Assembly: GCF_052425735.1 (NCBI RefSeq)
Contig: NC_135760.1
Location: 29,011,074-29,075,073 of the forward strand
DNA length: 64,000 bases
From: Oculina patagonica
Lineage: Eukaryota
Direction: 5' to 3'
Shown: positions 24,843-36,060 of the stretch, one piece after another
How the letters are laid out: each line of letters opens with the position of its first letter
Position numbering within the stretch: position 1 is the first letter of the stretch
Translations under genes and position numbers: made by a program
The notes under the pieces: model-generated
What the model saw: only the letters and a program-made list of their open reading frames with translations
What the model was told of the DNA's origin: nothing
Databases searched by the model: none

Positions 24843-26398
24843 CTGTAACTTAATAGAAACATGGAAAAAATGTTTTCTATTTCTTTTAGAAAATAGCACA
24901 AAGAAAATAACACGCAACGAGATAAAATTGTGCGCTTTATTCAACATCAAAACGTAAATTATCTTTACCTTGCGGTTTTACCTCATAAACATGCTCAACC
25001 AATTATAGTTAGGCAGTCGGTCAACAGAAAAAAAAATCACTGAACTGTTCGACATTCCTGCTTCAAGGCTAAAATTCGCCTTTTTTTGTGCCAAACAGAC
25101 ACAGAAAACAGGCCTCAAAGTTAACTTAATTATGAGAAATAACTAAACCAATGGTTTAACTGGAGTCAAACACTAGGAGTCAAGAAGTGTACCGGTAGTT
25201 ATATTTCATCGACTTCACCGCATGGTTTGACAACCGATGGTTTCGATCAAGCAACTCGAAACTTGGAGATGAAAGTGCATTTTCCTTTAAAAGAAGTTCG
25301 GGATTCTGGGCGAATATCTTGTCCTTTTGAGGAGCATGTGGATAGTTCTGAAGTGCTGCAGAAGCCTAGAAGAGAATGAAGTCGCGGCAATTCATATACT
25401 TCTTCGAAAAGTCAGCCGCTTTGATAATTCTTTTGCAGACGATTTTTGAATGCATGGCAGGCTTTGTAAACGTCTTACGCGCATGTTCTTTGTCAGCTGT
25501 GACATTAATATTTGACATAATTTTAGTTGTTATTTTTACATTGCCTTGTCCAGCAATGTGACTAATGATTGCCGTGTCTACGGCAACTGTCCAGCTTGAA
25601 AAAAGGCCATGTCTCCATCGAGTTTTAGAATATAGCCGCTGTATACGCGCGATGGAATTCTAGCGGGCATTATTTTTTATAGAACATAGCTGAAAACTAT
25701 AGAGGCCCGGTACCCCAGATGTGCGAATTGTTTGTCAAATTTCGCTGAACGACTTCGTCGACTTCGCCTCTATTCTCTTGTTTTGTTGTTTAAATGATGC
25801 TTTAAAAAGGAGCAAGTTTTTATCAGAAACGTTTTACATGCTTAAATGGAAGTAAGGCAGTGCCGAAGGAAGCGACAGATGAAGAAAGAATCGTTGAAAT
25901 TTGTTGTTTTTCTTTGGAGTTGTGTACGCCACTATTTTGCCGTGAACTGCCCGAAATTGTTTGGAAATTAGTTAGCAAAACAAGCCGGACTCTAAAAACG
26001 CTTTGAGGCAAGAAACCTTTTTTTAGCCACAATCTGAAGACAGAACCCTCCACTTTTGTTCTTTTTAAATCGAAATTAGAGGCGAATTTGAAAAACTTGC
26101 TGCGAAACAAACGCATGAAAATTTTTCATTTGAATGAAATTGAAGTAGGCTTTACCAAACTTGAATGCTTAAATATTTCAACTAGATTTGTCGGCTTTGT
26201 GAGAATCTTTTGGTAGTCGGAGAAAGGACTATAAATAGGAAATATGAATGAAATGGTATCTTGGTTTATTTATAAAGAAGCTGCCAAAGAAAAGAATAAA
26301 CTAAACTTTCACTAATACCGATGTTGTGTGCGTTTGTAAATGCCGTGAGCGGCCGCGAGTCTTGTAAGTTTTGTGCTCTTTTTAATGCTATATTCTAA

Positions 26399-26880
26399 AC
26401 CCACTAGAAGATGGTTTTCCTATGTTCTATTTAACAAATAGATTTCATTTTGCCGTGCGTCTGTTCAGTAATAGATCACAGATGACGTCAAAATGTGGTA
26501 TGAACAGAGAAGTGGCCCATGAGGCGCTAGCCGAGTGGATCACTGATGTTCATACCACATTTTGACGTCTTCTGTGATCTATTACTGAACAGACGCACGG
26601 CAAAATGAAATCTATTTGTTTTATATAATAAAGAAGCAATATATCGCACATGATGACATCATCTATGCGTCTGTACTCTGATAGATCATAAGTAAGAACC
26701 AATTAAAATGCGCGTAGAATTCAGGTTATTATATAAAAGAAAATAATGCACTTTTGAGGTCTAGAAAAGCAGCTGAATGCCCTGCCTGACGGCTCGGGCA
26801 TCCACTAGCAGCTTTTATAGACCTCAAGCGTGCATTATTTTCTTATAGAACATGGAAAACCATCTTCTAGTAGGTAAATA
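26399..26880. mobile_element. ~480-bp element whose outer TIRs (cccactagaagatggttttcctatgttctat) enclose two separate long internal hairpins (26430-26610 and 26700-26850)
   Basis: Outer 26399-26430 is the reverse complement of 26850-26880. Each internal hairpin has ~75-85-bp exact arms. Confidence 0.75.
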
Positions 26881-27369
26881 GAAGCACAATTTTTAACTAA
26901 TCAGTGCACGTTGTTACTTGGTGCTATTTTCTAAATTATAAGGATCCATAGCATTGGCCCCAAACAGTAAAGCACTATTCATGGCTTAGCATTTACTTGT
27001 GTAATGCTACATGTAAGCTATTCTGTAGTACAGATCTTTCTACTGGCTGTGCCAGCAGACAAACATCAAGCTACATGTGTATAAAAGCTAAAAAAACAGT
27101 ACAGACTTCACACCAGTGTGCTGTTGTAAAGTGCAGTAAAGTACTTGTTGAATTGTTGTTAAAAAAAATTTCTCTCCCTCCCTTTGGAGACGAAGCTTTT
27201 TTGACTTCCCTCAAGCTTGTAGTTTGCTGCATTGCCTTTAGATAGTGCTGCTTACAGACACTCTCGTCTGTTCCAGCACATGCTGTCTTGCATTCAGCTC
27301 GTATAATAAATAATAATAATAAATATGTAATTGACCACTCCCCGAATGGGGCTTCGGGAGCTACCGAAA

Positions 27370-27450
27370 ATAACACCAGCTAGTGGTCAGAACGGGACTT
27401 GAACCAGGATTTCAAGTCGGGCGCTCTAACCACTCGGCCAGCACACAAGA
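27370..27450 (-). ncRNA. tRNA-like sequence, probably a tRNA-derived SINE head or pseudogene
   Basis: On the minus strand: GGCCGAGTGGTTAGAGCG (a canonical D-arm / A-box) followed by an 8-bp stem and 7-nt loop (gacttgaa atcctgg ttcaagtc) and a GGTTCAAGTCC-like B-box. It does not fold into a canonical cloverleaf by eye. Confidence 0.35.
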
Positions 27451-27454
27451 TTGA

Positions 27455-28060
27455 ATCATTTTAACCCCTTGCCTACCAGAGCCAAACACACTTAGCAACC
27501 GGTGGCCATATTGAATTTTTAATGAGATTCTAAATTTGGCTAAGCAATGGCATCTTTTCAGATAAAAATGTCAAGTAAAGCTAGATTAAGCAATTAAAAT
27601 GAATTCCTCTCCCTTTTTCGCATTCTATTACTGAACGGTTGACTCGTACAGTTCCCCGGCGAACTCCTTGACCATGTGCATTTGGAGGTTCAATTTCTTT
27701 GATCGATCGAGGCTTCTTCTTCGCCACCTTCTTATTCTTTTTGTTCAGACTCTTCAGAATTACTTGGCTTAATTTCACTGTGACTTAAATCGCTTACATC
27801 AGAGTCGAGTACCGATTCTGCCTTCACGCACACTAACTGCCATTTTGAAAATTGTCTGAGCAAGAAGCAATTTTATTGGGTCAGCGGTGTTCTGAAAAGT
27901 AGTGCCAGACCTTTCTCAACAACCGGGGATGATTTATTCAAGGCGTCGCAGGCTTTCAGTGATGTATTTTGGTTGAGGACGTATATATGTCCTCGGTCGT
28001 TGCGTGACAACAGAGAGGACGTATATATACGTCCTTGGTAGGCAAGGGGTTAATCACTTT
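27455..28060. mobile_element. TIR element (~600 bp), TIR ttaaccccttgcctacc; internal gaggacgtatatat(g/a)cgtcct palindromes
   Basis: 27455-27475 is the reverse complement of 28040-28060. It directly abuts the tRNA-like sequence. Confidence 0.65.
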
Positions 28061-28382
28061 TAGACAGTTTTTGGTCGCGCAATAAAATTTGTCATTTTGC
28101 GCATGCATTTAGACAGTTGTTTTCCCTATAGAGAGCAGCACCACTAAAAGTAACTAAAGCCAACCTAACATAAGACAGTATTACCCGATTAACCCCAACG
28201 TGAGTGATTGTTTGTTTCAATTCATAGCTTGCACATAAAACAAACAACATGTCACAATTGTAAGAAACAGTGACAAAAATTATTATACACAAGCCTCATG
28301 CACAGATCAGTGAAATGGTAACACTGGCCTTCAAGCAAGTGCAATTTTTACCAGATAACCTTGTTTACAAATCTCTTGACAG

Positions 28383-28438
28383 AATAATATCCCTTATGAC
28401 TCCTGAGGACAGCTGGGTGGCCAGATGGCAAAGAATTG
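28383..28438 (+). CDS. SUPT4H1: SPT4 exon 3: (G)IISLMTPEDSWVARWQRI
   Basis: Acceptor tcttgacag|aat and donor aattg|gtaaga, in phase. Matches human IIAMMSPEDSWVSKWQR. It lies 5.7 kb downstream of exon 2. Confidence 0.85.
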
Positions 28439-28867
28439 GTAAGACAAATTGTTATAATAACAAACTGTAAATTAAAATTACGGGTAGTTATTGACAACTT
28501 AACAGCTTCATTTTATAACATTAGGAAAGATATTTTAGCTGTTTGTTTGTTCTTGAAAAACAACTGAGATAACTTAGTTGCCAATAAAAACAAGGCAGTT
28601 TTGTTGAAGTCATAAAGTAGTTTTTACCGAATGGTAATGAGGTGTAATGATCATTCTCGAAGTGATCGGTGACATGTTTCCATCACTCGTTCACTCCATT
28701 CTGATATTAAACCGCAATTAATTCATGCATTTAACGGTGAACGTGACAGAAAGGTTCTTTGAAACGCCATTCAGCACATGTCAATCAAAAACAAATTATC
28801 CTACAACCTCGTTCCCAGGGTCTCTCTCTTTCAGGGAACAGGGTTGAATAAAATCAAAAGAGGATCA

Positions 28868-29330
28868 ATTACACTTAAGGCTGGTTTTCATATGTCGGGA
28901 AAATCCCAGACGATCAGGGATTTTACTGTTTCCCGACCGTCCCAGATTTTGCCGACTAATGAAAACTCGAAATCGTAAATATCTCCAATCGTCTGGGATG
29001 GTCGGAGACAAATCTGGAGAATCGGGAGCGTTTCTATTTTCCCGACGCATCCCAGATTTCTGCGATGTTCGGCGATCATTCAAGATAAATGAAAACTCCA
29101 TTTCTTAGTGTCGGAGACGTCGGCGATAGTTTTAGCTCGTTACCAATCTTTTAATTACTTAGATTCAGTCTCTCACTGCCCCTCACAGCTAAAAATGGCG
29201 TCTGTCATTGCCGATCAAGGCGACTCTGATCCCAGATTTTGCCGATATATGCCAAAATCTGGGATGGTCGGGAAACGGTGAAATCCCCGATCATCTGGGA
29301 TTTTGCCGACATATGAAAACCAGGCTTTAT
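28868..29330. mobile_element. Foldback element, ~75-bp inverted arms (ggctggttttcatatgtcgggaaaatcccagacgatcagggatttt...)
   Basis: 28868-28943 is the reverse complement of 29255-29330. Additional internal cccagattttgccga inverted copies are present. Confidence 0.8.
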
Positions 29331-29339
29331 CCTCTGGTG

Positions 29340-30390
29340 ATAAAAGAGAATAGAATTCGCTCTACAAAGCCGTAGAGCATACGCTATCAATGACCCATTC
29401 ACGTAAGAAAACATTCAAACGCAAATGAAGTGAGATTGTGACATTACTGATAGCAGCTATAAGCTACATGCAGTTACCCTTACCATGTGACGCGTTTTAG
29501 TAAACACAACATTCATGCTGCACGATTCTGTTTCGCATCACATTATTTTCGTGTCACGTCATCCGTGTTTCATCTTTTTGAGTCGTGTGGAAACGCGCAT
29601 CTCTCTCAAGTTTTATTCGAAGCTCAAAATAACGCTATACCTGCTTACAGAAAAGTAAATATATTCACAAAACAAATTTACCTAATGCTAAAAAGAATCA
29701 AAGTTACACTTAAATATTTTTGTGATGAAATAGAATTCGCGCTACGAAGCCTGAGAGCACAAACCATCAATGACACAATTCCCATGGAAAAATAAAACAT
29801 TCAAAGTCACTTTTTTGAATGCTTATTTGAAGAAAAAAAACTATCAATGACCCATTCACGCAAGAAAACATGGAAAGGCAAATAAATTGAAAGTGTGACA
29901 TTACTGATAGCAGCTATGAGTTACATGTAGTTACGGTTAAAAAATTATTACGCTCCCCATGTGACGTGTTGTAGTTAACACCACATCCACAGCACGTTTT
30001 TGTTTCGCGTCACGTCACCTTGTGTCACGTCATCTGTTTTTCATCTTTTTGAGTCGAGCAGAAACACGATTTCTTCGGTGAATCCTCGTGTCACGTCATC
30101 TGTTTTTCATCTTTTTGAGTTGAGTAGAAACACGAAGTGCTCGGGTGAATCCTTCTCTCAAATTTTATCCGCTGCTCAAAAATAACGCTATACGTGCTGA
30201 CAGAAAAGTAAAGATATTCACAAACAAATTTACTTAGTGCTAAAAAGGATCAAAGGTAATACACTAACTGGTAAATAATTTGTGGTAAAAACTGAATAGC
30301 GCTACGCCAGACACCTGAGAGCACGAACCATCAATGACACAACTCATGTGGAAAAATGAAACATTCAAACGCAAATGAAATGAGATTGCA
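29340..30390. repeat. Tandem duplication of a ~490-520-bp unit (2 copies), each with repeated cgtgtcacgtcatc(t/c)gtttttcatctttttgagt motifs
   Basis: 29340-29830 aligns with 29830-30390 (ctatcaatgacccattcacg...tgacattactgatagcagctat...). Confidence 0.75.
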
Positions 30391-31560
30391 TTACTTTATT
30401 AAACACTTATTTAGAAAAAAATGCGAAGGTCGGCACTTCATCGAATTACCAAATTACCAGGTCGAAGAGCCTTTGATTTTTCTTATTGTCAGCTGTTTCA
30501 GTGCTCTGTCTCCACAAGACAGCAAGATGATTTCAAGAGTAGGGTGGTCCACCATTTAGGGTTTTCAAAAACATTTGTATTAGAAGGAGAGTAAGAAAAA
30601 GTATTATCATTTGTGTCAGAAGCAAATCTTGTTTCCCTCAGTGCATTTCAATTTTTGATTAATACCATTTTGTCATGAGAAATGCTAGCTAAAATTTGCT
30701 GAATACCGTATGTTTGAATAACAAATACATTCAATCAAGTGGTTTAGAAAAAAAAAATCTAAACCTGGCTGACAATAGCTTGAAAACAAAAGCAAGCGAC
30801 AAAAGAATGGATAATTCCAATGAAAGAAAATAAAAAAGTTGAAACTGTCTCACATCACAAAATAACATGCTCAATTTATTTCATGAGAATTAAATTGACA
30901 CCGATATCCAGGAAATTTTAAAAGCATTGACTTGGTCTTTCTGGTGATAATTTTTTTTGTAAAATTTATTTTACAAATAGTGTAAACAACGGGAATTAGT
31001 AAGAGTTAGCTCACTGGCCTCTTATTGACCTCCCCGGTCTTCTTTTTAATAAAACTTAAATCAAATTTCTTTTTTGTTTCACTCTGTCTTTACTAGTCTC
31101 CATGACTTTCTTTCTACTCTGTGTACTCTACTACTCGCATTTTGCAAGTGTCAGCAGCGTGCACTATTTTAGCTTACATAACAAATTCACTTTATTTCAA
31201 TAACCAGTAACATTAAACCATGTCATGCATGCAATATTTATTCTTTTATTTTCCTCTCTAATCTGGTTACCGTTCGGCTGCACTAATATAACTGCACATT
31301 TTTTGTCAACAAAGCCATGCAGAAAACATTCACAGTAGCCGGTGCAAATGTTGTTTTTGGAATAGCCAGTGAAATGTGTCCAGTTGCCGGCTAATTTTGA
31401 CAACCCTGCACCTTGTCTCACAACAAGGAAAACTCATTGTCATGTATGCTGAACCCTTTTGGTATGTATTGGTGTCTAATAATTATTTTGTGACATCCTT
31501 TTTACAGTGAAATGAAACTAACCTGGCCTTTTGTTATATTCTAAGATACTTTAACAAGAG

Positions 31561-31664
31561 GTTGCTATGCCATATCTGTGAGTGGTAAACTACCAAGTCA
31601 TGTAGCACGTGAACTCAAGGCCAGAGGTGTAACATACAGATCAAGGGACAGAACGAACCAGTAA
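31561..31664 (+). CDS. SUPT4H1: SPT4 exon 4 (terminal): [34 protein letters not shown]
   Basis: Acceptor aacaagag|gt, in phase. Matches human [35 protein letters not shown]. Stop codon at 31662-31664. Confidence 0.8.
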
Positions 31665-32086
31665 ATACCAGTAGTCTTGTAGTTAATGATTAAGAAGCCT
31701 TTATTGGACTCTTCTACTTGTTTATTTGCTGCCATAAAACTTCATGTACTAAAGACATAAAATTGGAAGAAATTTTTTTCATTTTTTTCAATTTCTCAAA
31801 ACAACAACTGTGCAAAAGTAAATCTTTACTTTGTTCCTTATTTTGATCGTTTCTGTACAAAGTGATTTAAGTTATAATTAAAATAATCATTGTTCAATTA
31901 ACGTTTAAATGTATGTACTTGTCTCCTTTTAAGGATTGAAGTGTACAATGTAATTATTGGCAAGAAAACATTTCTGTATTAAACACTTGTTTGCAAGTTT
32001 ATTTTTTAAATTAACAAGCTCTTGTTCTCTCCCTTGAGAGTCATAAATAAAAATCTTAGCCTTGGAACTACTGGTGTGATTGTTGC

Positions 32087-32237
32087 TTAGTCTTCCTTGA
32101 GGGTGGTTACTTGTTGTTGCATAGCCAATTGTGATGCCTCCAAGAATACCGTCATCACCTGTAGTTCTGTCTGCCTGACTGGTCTGACTGATACACAATC
32201 GAAATTCCCAGTTTTTCTGTCCAGAGATCCCACACAC
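32087..32237 (-). CDS. Candidate terminal exon of a roadblock/LC7-fold small protein (LAMTOR5/HBXIP-like?): (R)CVGSLDRKTGNFDCVSVRPVRQTELQVMTVFLEASQLAMQQQVTTLKED*
   Basis: Minus-strand acceptor ttttcaag|gtg, in phase with the upstream exon. It is an open frame running to a stop codon. There is weak similarity to the LAMTOR5 core (VLCTDSQGLNLGC...ISVLAQQAAKL). Confidence 0.35.
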
Positions 32238-33865
32238 CTTGAAAATGTAAGTAAGGCAATGTAGTTAAAAGTTTTGTTTGTTAACAAAAATTACAACTTC
32301 AAAATACCAATGCTGTGGTTTTTGTTAAACTTCCAGTTTTTAATCTTTAGGTGTTCAAATAATTCTAGTAACATCTTGTGCATTCAGGTTTGTGCCTAAG
32401 GCTGTTTTCCTGTTACTGTTATATTTTACTGCTTATTTATGAACTCTGGATATGAAAATAACATTCAATAAACACCACCAAATATACTGTTGACCATTGT
32501 TTTTACCATGGACAAATCTCTTTAGATTTGCCATGTTAACTCAACTGAAGAAACAAAATTTAAAATCTATATTTTAAACAGTTTGAAATGTCTCTTCGAA
32601 TAACAAACACTGATAGTAAAACGGCTAACTGTATGGTTTCACTCAAATCACCAGACTTCTTGGAAAACAGTAGGCCTTGTAGATGCTGTCTAATGCAAAT
32701 TTGTCCTGGCTATCCTCCCTGTGGTATTCTATAAGAAGAGCAAAGAAAAATGGGTTTTTAAATGACTGTGGTGAACATGAAATTACACTATAATCACCTG
32801 TGCATTTGCCCTCTTGTTAATCTTGGAAGTTGGCGATCCTGTTGGGAAAAAAATTACATGACTGCATATAACCATCTAAAAAATGCTGAACAATGGTAAC
32901 TGTAATGTATGGCTAGATGGAAAATGATTTCAAGGCTAATGGTAGGAAGCGTGTAGATAATTATATCTTAAGTGGTCTTTATGGGGTATGAATTGAACAA
33001 CAACAATCTCCACCACAAAAAAGAATATTCTTCAGGCATTGCAGATAGTTAATTGCAGTTAACTCTAGCTCATATATCTGCCAAAAAAACAGTAGATTCC
33101 ATACAGATATTTTACAAATGTGGGAAAACCTTTTGCAGGCTGTCACACATGCATGCATGTATATGTATGTTACAGATTTACAGATATGCTTCACAGTGTT
33201 TTTAATAACAAGTTTTAACAGTATTTTTTAATAACATAGTTAAATTACGTATAACCTTGAAACAGCAAATAATTTCAGTATAATTATGAGATTGAGTGAA
33301 GAAGGATGAAAGGATAATATGCTTACCATTTCCCAAAAAGTGCACCTGATACAAAAAATAGAAAAATAACATGGTCAATATCAAACAAATCACATGTACT
33401 AACAAATGAAATAAGGTTCATGGACCAACCCAATAGACCTGGTCCACAGATGGACTACCTAAATGCACTTCCTACAGCTGTAGAATATGGAGAAGCCAAA
33501 TGGGTAACTCACTTATCATGTCAAAACAGCACATTGGAATCTAACCAGCTGACCATTATAGGAGGTAAAATACAATACAATTAGCTAATTGGGAAGTTTG
33601 TGGTGATCCGGTCCACTAAATAAAGGTGACTTCTCAATATAGGTCTAAGTTACAGTAAATATGGGGAGTATAGTGACAGAGTGTAAGCCAGAGCCACACA
33701 GGCCAGTGAGCGATCATGTATAATGTAACATATTAAATGTACAGTATCACCCTTTCCTACTTATAAACAAACCATTCTCAGCCTAACCAGAAGATTTAGA
33801 GCAGGTGCAAAGGTATTGCGTTCTCAAACCTTAATGAAATAAATTTAGAATAAAAAACTTCTCAC

Positions 33866-33980
33866 CTCAGATTCCCTGTTTTGTCTTTGATGACAAAGTT
33901 CTTTCCATTACCAGCAGCATTTAAGGAGACTTGTGAGTCCAACAGTCCTAAAATATTTTGAGACAAAATTGCTTTTTCAT
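33866..33980 (-). CDS. Candidate exon 2 of the same gene: DEKAILSQNILGLLDSQVSLNAAGNGKNFVIKDKTGNL
   Basis: Acceptor cctgatag|atg and donor ctgag|gtgaga on the minus strand. Phase is consistent with exon 1 and the terminal exon. Confidence 0.4.
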
Positions 33981-34062
33981 CTATCAGGCATTGAAAATTT
34001 AAGGTGACAAGAGGAACAAGTCCAAAACTGTTTTGAGTCAACAAGGAAGTCAATATTCTTAC

Positions 34063-34204
34063 CAAAACATTCATAAATTGAAGCCACCTTGTCCTCATAC
34101 AGCTTCCACTTCAGTATACTCTGAATAGTGGCTGTTATGACTTTGAGAGACTTGTCCATTGGAGAGGCCATCAGGTTCATCTGCTTAGTTGACTTTTCCT
34201 GCAC
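34063..34204 (-). CDS. Candidate exon 1: M(QEKSTKQMNL)MASPMDKSLKVITATIQSILKWKLYEDKVASIYECF; several possible ATGs
   Basis: Open from ATG at 34204 to the donor tgttttg|gtaaga. It converges on the SPT4 3' end. Confidence 0.4.
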
Positions 34205-34424
34205 ATATGTTGTTTTGTAAATTAATGTTATTAAATTACATGTTCAAAGGTATGCATTTATCTCTGGATTCTGCAATTCATTAGATGGCTAAATGTATTT
34301 CAACTGTCCTCTGAATAAGATGCTATCAAGACCATCTGTGGGTTAACCCTTGGCATATACAATTTCCCTTTATCATTTTATACATCAGTCCGGGTAGAGA
34401 GAGGCACTGTGAAAGAAAAGGTGT

Positions 34425-34512
34425 CTTGTCCAAGATCACAACAAAATGACCCCAGCCAGGGCTTGAACCCAGAATTTTGGTTCCAGAGTCCAGTGCACTA
34501 ATCATTATGCCA
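34425..34512 (-). ncRNA. tRNA-Gln-like degenerate sequence (SINE-like or pseudogene)
   Basis: Minus strand: ..CAGTGGCATAATGATTAGTGCACTGGACTCTGGAA..GGGTTCAAGCCCTGG. It resembles tRNA-Gln(CTG) (GGTTCCATGGTGTAATGGTTAGCACTCTGGACTCTGAATCCAG...GTTCAAATC), but the anticodon stem is disrupted. Confidence 0.35.
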
Positions 34513-35060
34513 CTGGGCCACCTTTAATAAAGTTGATTAAGTTACCTTTGATTGATGGCTCTGATTCTGCTTAAAATTTTCTGAAGACATTGGTAGGTTG
34601 GTGCATGACCCTACTGCAGGCCTGTTTTGTTTGGGTTTCTCTTGATGCTCTGCTTTTAAAACTTTTCTTGTTTGGTCTTGCAAAGTCCTGTGGTTATGGA
34701 GGATATTAAATTTTATTCAATAAATAAAACCTTTGCCTCTGACTTTTTCAGATTAGGATAAACAGTAAGCCACTACGGTGTTTGATATGATAATATAAGT
34801 TATTTAAAAAAAGAAAGTAAAATAAGAATAAATACGAAAGAAAAATGCAAATTGAAACCTAAGTTAATAAGTGGACAAGAAATAATAGCCACATCATTTC
34901 AATCCTGAGATGGTGTAGGGAGGGTGATCCCATACATCTAATAAGTTAAGTCCTCTGACTCCTAAAAGAAATTGAAACATTATTTAACCTCTGTTTATTA
35001 GGAAGTTAATATCATTATTATGACACAGTTTGGAACTGGCACCAGTTGCATACTAGTTGT

Positions 35061-35533
35061 TTACACTGGGCAAGTGATGTGGCAGAGAAGGTAAAATTGG
35101 CTAACAAACCTGGCTTCGTTGTAATTAATAGGAGTAGAATTAGGTCGTAGAAGGGAATCGACGCTGTTACTGTTTTCTTGCTTTACTGGCTGGCGAACGT
35201 GTACTCCACCTCGGTTATTCCCAGTATAGTTTTCTTTGCCTGTAGAAGAGAAATTTCCACGACCATTTCGGGCTGAAGGGAGACTGTCGTTAATCTTTCC
35301 CTCTTTGTTTAGATAATTTGACGTTTGAGGTCGAGGAAAGCTTTGCTTTTGCGGGCCTGTTTCATGAGTTTCGAAGAATTCATCTCCGTGATTCAACTCG
35401 TTATAACTGTGTAATGACGTTCCTGTTGCAAAGTCCTCATATTCCTCTGTCTGCTCTGTTGCTGTTGGGCTCGCATATAAAGCTTGTCTAAGTCTTTTCT
35501 TTTTGTTGTTAGCAAATATTGGCACTATTCGCC
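35061..35533 (-). CDS. Orphan gene exon 2 (terminal): ..RIVPIFANNKKKRLRQALYASPTATEQTEEYEDFATG...NSTPINYNEARFVSQFYLLCHITCPV*; a low-complexity Asn/Ser/Gly-rich, N-terminally basic protein of ~167 aa
   Basis: Acceptor cttacag|GGCGAATAGTG on the minus strand, in phase 1 with exon 1. A 473-nt open frame runs to the stop codon. I recognise no homologue. The ORF-track start is GTG, not ATG. Confidence 0.45.
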
Positions 35534-35657
35534 CTGTAAGCGAAGGATAGGAAATGTAAACTGTTTATATCTTATAATTTTTTATTATTAAAGCTTATAA
35601 AAACTTAATAGTTGTAGGCAAAGCTGTGACAAAAAAAACATTTTAAGCTTAACTTAC

Positions 35658-35688
35658 CGCGATTGCAGTTGGGTCGTTTGTTCATCAT
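35658..35688 (-). CDS. Orphan gene exon 1: MMNKRPNCNR(G)
   Basis: ATG ATG at 35688-35683 on the minus strand; strong donor cgcg|GTAAGT (plus-strand acttac at 35652-35657). Confidence 0.45.
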
Positions 35689-35849
35689 TTCGGGTCCTGT
35701 TTTATATAGCAGATAAAAGTTTTCTTACTTTTACCAGACTACTGAAAGCTTCTTTTCTTTGCAAAGAGAAATATAGCGATGTAACATGTCATTTTGGCGG
35801 CGATAAAGAAATATAACAAATAATTCAAAGTCATTTTAAACAAGTTGCA

Positions 35850-36060
35850 TTTTTGCCGCTGCCTACTGGTATTTCATTTTTCGCGCGTTTTGTAGCGGCA
35901 GCGCGCGGGAAGCAACACGGGAGGAAAAGGAGAGAGAGCCTGGGACCAGGTACTCTTATCCCCAGGCCTATCCGCGCCAGGTTACATTCTTATCCCCAGG
36001 CCTATCCGCGTGGTGTTACTGCCGAAGTGGGAAAAGGTCGCTTCATCATTGCGTGCAGTT
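35850..36060. promoter_or_regulatory. GC-rich block with a 2x tandem 23-bp repeat (tcttatccccaggcctatccgcg), ~170 bp upstream of the orphan gene ATG on its strand
   Basis: Local GC enrichment against the AT-rich background, plus a direct repeat at 35963-36008. Confidence 0.3.

Noticed and set aside
31929-32237. Longer ORF (MCGISGQKNWEF...HFNP, 102 aa) overlapping the roadblock-like terminal exon in another frame
   Set aside because: It has a different frame from the phase required by the upstream exon, and it reads through into SPT4 3' UTR-like AT-rich sequence. It is judged to be a chance ORF.
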